Below the pieces are notes generated by a model, which was given only the letters and a program-made list of their open reading frames with translations, ran no database searches and had not been told where the DNA came from. A stretch of 64,000 bases of DNA, from positions 2,356,001 to 2,420,000 of the forward strand of contig OZ234493.1 of assembly GCA_965153455.1 (NCBI GenBank), in the 5' to 3' direction. This DNA comes from Sphagnum compactum (Eukaryota). Positions 1 to 10,790 of the stretch are shown here, in pieces. Every line of letters starts with the position of its first letter. Positions within the stretch are counted from its first letter, which is position 1. Both the position numbers and the translations under genes were made by a program.

Positions 1-1100
1 TCCAAAAAATAGTTTAATGTATATTTGGTTCAAATGTTGTTTCCTTATTTCATTTTCACAAAATTGTAGATGTTAGGAATAAGAAAACAAGGTTCAAGTA
101 ATAAGGGGAGGGGGAGTCATTGTTGCCATTTGTTGCCATTATCACCAAAATGCTTAGACCTTTCATCCACACCTCGACCTTTTTCCCATTCAAGCTTTGA
201 GTTTGAGTTCTTTCCTATCTATCTACTTGTGTTTGCAAGTTCTTTTATAATTGCATTACTTTGTTGACTGAACTTGGTGAACTCTTGAAACCCATATATA
301 CATTTTCATGTGTAAACATTAAAAATTGAATAATGTATGAACAATTTATTCTTTTGGCACACGAAAATGATGAGATTGGTAATTTGTTATTAAAATCAAT
401 ATCTCGTTTGAAAATGTTCAGTGTTGTGGTTTGTGGGAAATCAAATCATGGGTTGTTGCTTCTATGTTTTAAGGTGCAAACTTTGAATATATTTCATATT
501 CTTCTTCTTACAAGCCCAATAACATTGGTTTCATGATTAAGGTTAAAAGCTTATGTTGGTGGGTGCTTCATGTATTTTAAGAATAGTTTCTCAACATAAT
601 GGCTTGACCAATTCTCTAGTCTAATGAAACATCCCTTGATGTTTACAAAGTTTTGTAGAGAATTATATTCAAACAAGAATTTTATTAAAAAAATTGAGTA
701 GAAGCCATTTGGAGTAGGTGAGGCAAATTGAAAAATTGAAGTGAACCTCATGTGAGAATCATTTGAAGTGAGAAAAATTAGCTTTGTACTCCTTTCTCTT
801 CTTCTTCTTTGATGTCTTGTGTAGTGTAAAATTCTACCTCAAGCTTTATTAGAATAAGGGCTTGTGTCATGTGTTCTTACACCTACTCATTAAAAAATTG
901 AGAGGTACAAAGTTATTACACCACCAATGAATGGGCATAATACCCATTCCACCAATGGAATGGTCAAGCCCTTGCCCATTATGTCGAGAAATCGCACTCG
1001 TTGAGTTTGTTAGGGCAAGCTTGGAAGATTATGTCGTATAAATGTGGTCAAGAAAGTGATATAATGTGCCTCCCCAGATCTTAATGTGTAGAGAGTAGTA

Positions 1101-1299
1101 AGGCCCAGTTTCTGGTAGTTGGGCGCGGTTTCACAGGAACGTATTACACGCGCTGGAATCAGCAGTACGCATTCCACATTCCTCCTATGCTATCTCGGCA
1201 CTGATGGACGGGCCATTCCGGTTTATAACGAGCAGATATACGCAAAGAGAAAGTCAGCCCCGGTTCTTTTATGTATTTAGGGTTCGAAAATTAGGGTTT
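1101..1299 (+). promoter_or_regulatory. Putative proximal promoter of the eIF4B-like gene: site II element (AGGCCCA, 1101-1107) and telo-box (TTAGGGTTT, 1291-1299)
   Basis: Both motifs are visible ~400-600 bp upstream of the ATG at 1701 and are followed by a CT-rich leader. The telo-box plus site II pairing is known from plant translation-machinery promoters; function here is inferred. Confidence 0.45.
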
Positions 1300-1700
1300 G
1301 CAGTTACGACGGCAAAGCTTTTATGATCGCTAGCGTTATCTTCTTTGTCTTCTTCACTCCTCCTCCTCCTCCTCTCGCGCTTTGCTTGCTTTTTACCCAT
1401 CTGCATCTTCATCTTCCGCAGCTTAGGAGCTTATTGTTGTCTGGGATTCATCCCTGGAGTTTTTCTTTTGAGAATTTTTAAAAAAATAAATAAATAAAAT
1501 TGTCGCACTCTTGTTTTTTTTTTTTTTCTTCGCTTTTCTTCATTGTGGGTATCTCCTTCAAGTTTCTTGTGGAATTTTGGTGTCAATAGGCAGTCGTGGA
1601 GAGAGAAAAACAGTTTTAGGTTTGTAGAATAAGACACGCACGCCGGGTGGGCGGGGCGGGGCGGGGCAAGGCCGGGGGGTGGTTGGGAGGGGGAGCGAAA

Positions 1701-4700
1701 ATGTCGAAGAAGAAAACGTCGCGTGCTGTGATGACGTTGAAGGATTTTCATGGTGGCTCGATTCCTTCAGATCTGCCTCTTCCCTCTGCTCCTGGAATGT
1801 AAGTGAAGCCACTTTCTCTTTTTTTGGTTTTGTTTTTGGTTTGTTTGTACACTAGTGTGTTCTTGGAAGAACTAGATGTGGACATTTGCTAGATAGGTTT
1901 TTAGATACTTTGATGGACAAGAGTTTTGAGGGCGTGAAGTTTCTGAATGCTATGGTTTTTTTCCCTGTCACTCTCTAGGCCTGTCGAGCGGAGTTCTTTT
2001 AAGAGACAGGGATCTAGATTGCTACATGGACGCTAAGATCCTGTGATGGATAAAAGGTTTTAGGGCATGAAGTTTCTGAGTGCTATGGTTTTTTCCCTGT
2101 ACCTCTCTAGGCCTGTTGAGGGGAGTTCTTTTGAGAGACAGGGATCTGAGATTGTACATGGATGATTAGATCCTGTGATGGACTAAAGGTTTTAGGGCAT
2201 GAAGTTTCTGAGTAATATGGTTTTTTTTCCTGTTTCTCTCTAGACCTGTTGAGCGGAGTTCTTTCAGAGACAGGGATTTGAAGTTGCTGGATGGATGCTT
2301 AGATCCTGTGATGGACTAAAGGCTTTAGGGCATGAAGTTTCTGAGTGCTATATTTGTTTTTCCTGTCTCTCTCCAGACTTGTTATGTGGAGTTCTTTTGA
2401 GAGACAGGGATCTGAGATTGCTAGATGGATTCTTAGATCCTGTGATGGACAAAAGGTTTTGGGGCATGAAGTTTCTGAGTGCCATTATTTTTTTTCTGTC
2501 TTTCTCTAGGCCTGTTGAGCGGAGTCCTTTTGAGAGACAAGGATCTGGGGGATCATGGATGAGTCCTGTTGGCAGAGGGTACAGCGGCAATGAGCGCACC
2601 ATCGGTCAGAACAGACAAGGATTGAGCAATAGTGTACGAGCGTTGGAAGATAAAGCGTCCCTCTTCCCTAACCCTGCAAGCATAGGGAGAAATTATGATG
2701 AAGATGAGCGGAAGCCAGTAGATGGACGCCCTCGCAGTGGCCATAGTGCAGAACAATACGAAGAGCAGCAGGTGTATGAGGATCGCCCCCGTTCTGGCCA
2801 CCACCACAATCAAACACTCAATCGCTTCTCCTTGGTGGATGAACATGGTTACAAAAGCACTGTCCCTGTGTTGTATGAACAATCCTCTCCCCCCAACAAG
2901 CAGAATCCATCGGTATCACCACCTCCCTATTGGAGGCAACCTCCACAGCAGCAGCAGTCTGTTGCTTCTGTGGATCGCAACTCTGGTCCAAATGTTTGGC
3001 CAGCACGGCAAGAATCTGAGAGCACCCAAATGCCTTCAGACTCGGTGCAGAATCAAAGTCGAGTATCTGTTCCATGGCAAGCACAGATACCCAAATCAAA
3101 AGCATTGGACTTGGGGTTGTCTGATAGGGCAAGCTCTGGAGGCTTGAAACCTGAGCATAGCTGGGGAGGTGCCAGTACTGACCGAGTCCCTCATGGTAAC
3201 AATTATGTGAATGCAGAACATTCAAAATTTATCAGACAGCAATCATGGTACCCTGAGAACAGTGACCAGGTGGGTTATGCCTCAGAGGTAGGTCAGATGG
3301 ACGGACGGGTGGTTTACAGAGAGAGTTATGAAGGCAGGCCATCTTACAATGATGGAACCAGACCTGGTTTTGGTGATGGGGCTAGAGTAGGAGAGAATAG
3401 TGGTGTCCAGGGGGATGCTGCACGTGTAGGATACACAGATGCAAGAGGTTATGCAGGTGATTCTAGTGGTCGTGGACTCAATGACACTAGATCTTTTGGA
3501 AGCGGGGAAGGTTACTATGATCCTGGAAACAGAATTACATTCTTTGATGTGGGGAGGACTGGCAGAGTGGAGAGTGATTACAGGAGGGAACCCAGTCACC
3601 CAGAGGGTCTGCGACAGGGTAATAGTGGCCTCAGAGCACAGAGCACTGGAGAGATTCCTGACAATTATGGACCAGCTGCAGGTCGTGGTGCCTTGGCAGA
3701 AAGGAATCCCCATGGCTTAAGCCTGCATGAAAGCAGGAATCAACGAGTAGATGTGGATCAAGTTGATGGGGTTCCAGCTAGCATGGACTGGGAAAGGCGA
3801 AGAAGCCCACCTTTGGTTGAGAGCCGCCAAGCTTTCAATAGAGAGAGACCTTTCCCTTCTGCAGAGGGATATCGGGTTGGGTACTCTCCAGCAGAAGTTT
3901 CTCCAGCTGATGCATCTGGGCCTCGAACACCATTAGTGGTTCCAGACCCAGTTGCCGAGAGGCCAAGGTTGAAGCTTCTTCCCCGTTCCAAGCCTCTGGA
4001 GACAGATGAGGCAGTTGGGCATATCGAATTAGAAGTGCCAGCTATAGAGGTCCTGACTGCACTGTCCTGCTTTTGCATTTGTAAGATAAGGTTGAAGTCT
4101 GTTTGACCACAAAGTGCTGTTGCTTCCATGGACACCTTCCAGAGGTAATGCTGGCATCATCTGTATGGAACATTGATTGAAATTTTGACAAAGTGTTCCT
4201 GTGATCTGTGATTCAGTATAAGGAGAAAGATTTGTGTGGCAAGTCTGATGAGAGACGAAAAGATGAACTCGTGTTTTCAGAGGATACAGCAGCTGAGGCC
4301 ACAGATGAGGGTAGGCTTAGTGTACGGGGTACATCTACAGATGTCGAGTATGTGGGTGGAGATAGCAAGCTGGCAGCGCGTCCAAAGCTGAACTTAAAGC
4401 CAAGATCACAGCAATTGGGGGCAGGAGGTGCCACTATAGGCTCAGATAGAGTGAGGTGAGTAAATAGACACCATATGCCTAATGATTGTGGGAACCTGAG
4501 ACTTGCTAAGAGTATGGTAGAATCCAGAGAGTGGTGGAACTTACATACAATACAAGTCTTTACCTGTATGTCATGTTGTGCACCTACTGCCTAGGATTGA
4601 CAACAGCCTCCCCATTTTATAAATCTACTATACCATAAAAAAGTAAGTGTTTGGTCCAGCTGTAAGGCCCTGTCTAGGTACTTCTGAAAAGGAAAAGCTT

Positions 4701-6293
4701 TGTACCTCCTTGTTTGTTGGTATTTATTTATAGGTGACAATTGCATTTGAAGGGAACTGCCTCCTCTACAGTACAAAACATTAGACACATGTTCCTATGA
4801 AGAATCTCCCACATCTATGAAGTTAATGCTCCCTGCACCAATGAAGAACCCATTGACATGAGGAGTTGCAAAAACTGGTGACAGAGTTAAAAGCTCAAGA
4901 GTTTGTGAGCAATGGCCACAGAGCTAAGACCAACATGAAAGTTCTTGATTGGCTTACTTGTTTTTGTTCACCCTGATAACCTGCAGGAACTCTGTTTTTG
5001 GTGGTGCTCGCCCTCGTGAACTGGTAAGTTTGATTCTCAGATAGGCAGATTCTCTTTCTCTGGCATTTCAGGCTATGGATTTGGGGGCAGGGGTGGTGAA
5101 TTCTAGCTCAACTAACATATGCAGCTAACCCATTATCATCTCTCCAATGAATTCAGTGCCTTCTATTTTCCTGCCATAGGTATTGAGGACACGTGGTGCT
5201 AATGATTTGGGCACAGCAGGCCAGGATGGTCTCCCTTCCCCAACACTGTAAGTAAACTATTTGTTCAAAGGATGGTTTGTTCCTAGGTTAGGCATGCAAG
5301 TGCACCCATGTTACAACTCCTGTGTCTAAGCTATATCAAGTACTTTATGTCTGTAAGGCTTATGAAAAATCTGTTTTTAAAGAGCGAGGTTGTTGAAGTA
5401 TGTTAGGTGCACTAGTTGCTCTCTGATGAGTCTCCCTTGTGTTGCTTTGGTTTTCCAGTGGACACATACCTGGTAGTGGCAGAAGCAAGCCAGAGCAACA
5501 AAGAACTGGGCTGCCTAATGGCTCTGGTAGCTGGGCAGATGAAAAACAAGTGGGAACACAGCCATATAAACACCAGGTTGAACAGTTCATGGAAAGCCAG
5601 GGACAAAGAACTAAACAGAATTGGGTTGCTCCTGGCAATGACCAAGGGGATCCAGACTGGAAGGGTCGTGGTGACTTTGACAAGCAAGACAACATACGTC
5701 AATATGAGGCAAACCGCTCCTATGATCGCCAAAGCAGTCAAAGCCGTGGTCCTGATAGGCAAGAATCACCTCTCATTGATCATCAAAAGACTGACAGTTG
5801 GCGTAGACCTCCATCTCCGATCCCTGCCACATCAGCAGCATGGGCAGCTTCTAATAACCCTGCAGCTCCAGTTGCAATTTCAGGACGGGATCCAGCCCCT
5901 CGCATATCTGGTCATCATGGGTTCAGTGCCCCTGCTTCAGCCCTTGAGCTGGTAAAATCGTTTTCTCGGTCATTAAGTATTGGATCTACCATGGCTGGAG
6001 TTACTCAAAGTAACAGCGGCAACCAGCTACGTAATGCAAAGTCAGTTCCTCGAGTCCAGCATTATGGACCTGGGTCCATAAATGGAAATTCTGGTGTGTA
6101 TAGTCAAAAGGATGCCACGTTTTCACGCCTTGCAGAAGCAACCTCTGCCTCACCTTCAATTAGTAGAGATGTGTATGTTCCTGGAAGTGGCTTTGATGGT
6201 AATAGACCATATGACAGGTTTGGTAGTACCAAATATGCACGAGGTTTTGGTCCAGGGGCTGGTGACATAAACAGTAGGTTGTCGCATGGCTGA
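1701..6293 (+). CDS. Plant eIF4B-like protein, 938 aa; join(1701..1798,2510..4049,4217..4455,4987..5023,5180..5247,5459..6293)
   Basis: N-terminus MSKKKTSRAVMTLKDFHGGSIPSDLPLPSAPG. Contains eIF4B-type motifs ERPRLKLLPRS, RPKLNLKPRS and NSVFGGARPRELVL. All introns are GT-AG with matching phases (2,0,2,0,2); the 2817 nt frame is open to TGA at 6291-6293. Family assigned by motif recognition only. Confidence 0.8.
1902..2546 (+). repeat. ~133-bp tandem repeat x5 spanning the intron-1 3' end and exon-2 start of the eIF4B-like gene
   Basis: The unit GATGGA..AAAGGTTTTAGGGCATGAAGTTTCTGAGTGC..(pyrimidine tract)CTCTAG|GCCTGTTGAGCGGAGTTCTTTTGAGAGACAGGGATCT recurs, with acceptor AGs ending at 1978, 2110, 2243, 2376 and 2509. 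Confidence 0.92.
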
Positions 6294-7795
6294 GAGTCCA
6301 TCTGGAATTGAGTGGGCTTACTTTTATGCAACTAGGCTTCAGCTTCAGCAAGCATCTGGATGTTATGTGATTTTCTGTATGAGCCTCTTCTAATGGCAAT
6401 TTATAGGGCTTATTGTTTCTGTTCTACACATTCTTGTCATATGCAATTCACCTGAGGCTCCTGTCCAGTAATATTGTTCATGAGAATGCACTACCCAAAA
6501 AGCCTTATGAAGCAAGGAGATCCTGAGGCTGTATAGATTTAAGGTCAGTTGTGCCCCTTGATGCCTGGCAATTTCAGTGACCTGTTCTTCTAAAAGTTTC
6601 ACTGCCCACTAATTTTTGCTGTGCATCTTGTGAAAGGGCCTTTCCTTGGTGTGTTCATGCAACAAATATTTTATTTGAACATTGCAGTAGGATTAGGTGC
6701 AAATTTTTCTCAAGAAGTGGGGTGCAACTGCTTTGATTGTTAACTTCCCATTCTTCTGTTGATCATGTGAGATTCTTTGTCAGCAGTGTAGGTTCTGCCA
6801 CATAGTATAGGTACCTTGTGAGTATGTTGCAAGTTTTATTAGAGGCATGGGAGTAACTTATGTCCAAGTATACTAGACTGGAATCTCCTTTGCCAGAGTA
6901 GTCCACCTAGAACGGATGGTGCTTACTACTTAAGACTTGGTGTCAACTGTGGCCATCATCATCTGATTTACAGTCTTCAAATTATGAGCAGGTTGGTTTT
7001 TGCTGATCCTTATACAGATAGTTATTGCTATGACCTTGGTGCCAGCAAAGCCATGGTGCCAAGGTTATATTGTTGTCTATCCCTTCCAAGCTCCTAACAA
7101 TCTTCTGAGTGCTCAGGATCTTGACTGCATAGATTGTTCTCACTCCAATGGTTGCAACCTCTGTGATGAATAGCTGCTTCTTTTGTTTGGTTATGTCATT
7201 TTTCTTGGACATGTACTAAACTGTGCTTTCCCTGTAACTGGCATCATGTGGAGGTGTGAGTTCTTCTACAACACATGACCAGTCCGTTAAGATCACAAGT
7301 CTCCAACTTCTACTACACCTGTGAGTAAAACATCAACATTCCTTCATTTTTATCAGGTCTGAACAAAGTTGTATTTTGTACATTAGACTCCTGTTGGTGG
7401 CAGGAGTAAAAAGCTGCAAACTTATCTCCCTTTGATTGGAGCTGAACTTGGGTGGGTCTTTTGAGCAGCAAGGAGGCTTCTTACTATGCCAGCCCAAATG
7501 ATGTATGTCCATGCAGCTCTTATTTTTGTGCATAAATCAAATGTTGCGATACTTACATTTCCTTTTATGCCTATGTTGATCTTGTGATGTGCCTTCACTT
7601 CTATGGTTTGCAGTGATTGTTGTTACACTGGTGATTTTCAGATCCTTATCAACAATCAGTTTCACGAATTCAGTTAGTACATAGGTTAGTACGCATCCTG
7701 TTGATCCCTGTGTGTGTGACTGAAACTGGATGTCGATATTGCTTTTTGTTTCAAGAACATGAACGTTTTGGCAAGGAAGTGATGAAGTGCTCATA

Positions 7796-8021
7796 TGCTT
7801 CAGGATGTTTGGCGGCAATGACAAAAACTGGATTGCAGTTCAGCATACAGGATACATACTGCAATGCACAACTCTTCAGGATGTTTGGCAACAATGAAAC
7901 CCAGATGCGGTGCAGCATACTGGAAAGAAACTGCAATGCATAGTGCTGCAAATGCTCCAGGATGTTTTGCAATGATGAAATCCAGGTGCAGTTCAGCGTA
8001 CTGGAAAGATCCTGCCATGCA
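7796..8021. repeat. Degenerate ~77-bp tandem repeat x3
   Basis: CAGGATGTTTGGC..CAATGA..AA..GCAGTTCAGCATACTGGAAAGA..CTGCAATGCA recurs at ~7801, ~7877 and ~7958. Confidence 0.75.
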
Positions 8022-8485
8022 GAACACTTCCAAAACCTGAGCTTGTCTCAAAAGATGTGTAAAATTCTCATCTCATGCTTTTGTCCAAACTGAGGATTTT
8101 CTACTGAGCTAACGAAGATACACATCTCTTCCAGAACATTCTCACCGATTGCTCCATATTCGGTGGATGGGTGGGTGGATGAGAAACACTTTCCCATTGG
8201 GTCCCAGTTCCTGAGAGTTACTAAACATGATGGTTAGTTCAAAAGAGATGGATGGTAGTTGGACAAGAAATACTGTTTCCATTGGGTTCCAGTTTGTGGC
8301 TAACCTAACTATGTTTGGTTAGCTAGCTCAGTTGCTACTTTTACGAACTCACCTACTGATAAACCACTACCCCATACCTGTGTACTAATGTATGTACTAA
8401 ACTATGTACAGACTACAGACATGGGAATATAGTACATATTGTAGATTGACTGCATATTGTTTACACTACTAAGAGCAGGTCTGTG

Positions 8486-8790
8486 TGGTTCTATGCAGAA
8501 CCGTACAAGGCGCAAAAAGACAAGCCTGGACCAAGCTTCCTTTGGGGTTGTTTGAGAATGGTTCTATGCAGAACTGTGCAAGGCGCAAAAAGACATGCCT
8601 GGACCAAGCTTCGTTTGGGGTTTGTTTAGAATGGTTCTATCTATGCGGAATTGTGTGGTTCTATGCAGAACTGTACAAGGCACAAAAAGACAAGCCTGGA
8701 CCGAGCTGCTGCATTTGGGGTTGTTTTAGATGGTTCTATGCAGAACCATGCAAGGTGCAAAAAGACAAGCCTGGACCGAGCTCATTTGGC
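8486..8790. repeat. ~73-bp tandem repeat x4 headed by the palindrome GGTTCT-ATGC-AGAACC
   Basis: GGTTCTATGCAGAAC..TACAAGGCGCAAAAAGACAAGCCTGGACC.AGCT recurs at ~8487, 8560, 8657 and 8732. Confidence 0.85.
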
Positions 8791-9335
8791 AGTGTTTAGC
8801 ATCCTGCGTCCCAAAAGAGTCAGCTAAGAAATATGATTGGGTTTGCTTGATTGGTCACGATTGTTGAGTGTGCGGTACGGGATTGTTGTAGTAGCATTTG
8901 ATTCATCCTCACTTTTTGTTACATTCTTTATGATTTCATATTCATGGAATGTGCACCCAAGATATTACCAAAGAGCCTCACTATTTTCTCATATTCTAAT
9001 TTTCTCTTATCCTTTGACCAAAAGCGTTGGCTTGTATTGTATATATTTACCCTAAAGAAGGGACACATTTATGCACTACTACCATGTTAGTGGTAACATC
9101 TTTTGTTTGTGAACAAATTATAGCATTTTTTGAGTAATTTTGTGAAAAAGCCAATCACAAAAGAAAATCACATTGCCAAAAAAAAGAAAAAAGAAACATT
9201 GAGCTTTTTGTATATGCACTCACAACTAATTAAATGTGAGTTGCAAATAAGTCTAGTTCATAAGTATATATGAAATCTACATTTTACACTTACCTTGCCA
9301 AAAAAACAAACATTTACATGAGACTGTCTGTGTAA

Positions 9336-9750
9336 GAGCATCCTCCAGTGGTGCTCAGTCTGTGAACCCTTTTTCCAAAATTTGTCTTTCACATCCAAGT
9401 TTTAGTTACCACTATTTTCTGAAACCCCACCGATAACTGAAACAACTGGACAGCAAATAGGTGAGAACTAGTAATAGCAAACCAGCTGGACCAATCATTT
9501 TATGATGGGACGAATCAGAAACACTTAGATGAGCGACAGTTAGATGATCGTATTTATTACACTCGTTTCTGAAAGTGCACATCTTTTGCGGCGCCTTTTA
9601 CCAGCCGCCGCAAGCAAAGCAAAACAGTGCAAGTACGCTGAGCCAAAACGATTGATTTTCCTGACTCAAACCAGCATGTGTTGATTTTTCTTCATTCAAT
9701 TCTGCTGTGTACGATAGCGTACTGAGCAGTGAGCACCGCTGGAGATGCTC
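9336..9750. mobile_element. Tourist-like (PIF/Harbinger) MITE, 415 bp
   Basis: TIRs GAGCATC(C)TCCAGTGGTGCTCA ... TGAGCACCGCTGGAGATGCTC, flanked by TAA on both sides (9333-9335 and 9751-9753). GAGCATCTCCA-type TIRs with a TAA TSD are typical of Tourist MITEs. Confidence 0.85.
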
Positions 9751-9857
9751 TAAGTGTATAATTGAAATTGTTTTACACTTCGTTGATGTCAGTGTTAAAG
9801 AAATTATTCACATAGTGAGTAATTTTTTTTAAAATACATGAATACATGTAGACGCAT

Positions 9858-9907
9858 GTATATATATGTATGTATGTATGTATTTATGTGTATGTATGTA
9901 TGTATGT
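9858..9907. repeat. (TA)/(TATG)n microsatellite
   Basis: Directly visible simple repeat. Confidence 0.85.
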
Positions 9908-10790
9908 GGATTCGAGCTGCCTCGAAGGGAGTGTCGCAATTGCAGGCAGAAATTGTGTCTCGGTGATGCTTTCGTCGATTTTGTAGTTGTTTTTTTTTCT
10001 TGTCCAGATCCCCAAGTGCGGTGCAATTTCTGGTTGTTCGGGGGGCGGAGAAATGGCTTCCTGGATTGCATCAAGCTATGGAAACTTGCTGGGCTTCAAA
10101 CTGGTTGCTTGAAAACCTCTGGAGGTGTCGGGAACCCTTTTAAAAGGAAAGGTAAATTGAGTCTGTTTGAAGCTTTTTTGTGTGTCTGTAGGTACTAGGG
10201 GTTTTTTTCTTCTTCTTCTTCTTATGGAGCTTCTCGGATGAAGGTTTGAGTTGCAGTTGAGCGTGGATCTGAAAATTCTCTATTATGTATTTATTCTCTG
10301 GTTTCCTACATGAAGTTCTTTTCTGTGGGAATTCTTGTTTTTAGGGTTTCGTGTGTTGGTTATTTTGGTTTCTCTTGTGAAGAGGAGGCTGCTGTTGGTG
10401 CAGCTCTATTTGGATAGTAATGTAAAGAGATCAAAATGGATACCTAATTCAGAATATACTTGACAGTGTTCCCATCTTCGGAAGGTCACACTGGTAACAG
10501 TGGGCTCTCTCTGGACAGATAGAGTTGTGCGATTTTACTGTGAAAAGGGGGATGGGATTCTTCTTCACCAGAATCTGGATCCAAGTTACACATCAGTTGA
10601 TGCATTCAATGCTATGTGGAGCAGAAGAAAGAAATTGATTTTGTCATGCTGAAGATTCTCTATTCTGGATGCTTTTGTGTTGTCTATGGATTTGTTTGAA
10701 TTGAGGAAATTTGGATCGGGTGGTTGATCAACTCTGCTCAATTAGGGTTTTACTTAGGAAACTCTGAGCAATTTAGGGTTTTGGAATCAG

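Noticed and set aside
2295-2509. N-terminal extension of the 603-aa ORF (MLRSCDGLKALG...)
   Set aside because: It lies in the intronic tandem repeat; the conserved N-terminus is exon 1 at 1701-1798.
8485-8799. 104-aa ORF with repeated WFYAE..KDKPGPS
   Set aside because: Arises from the 73-bp tandem repeat, whose period is not a multiple of 3; no coding evidence.
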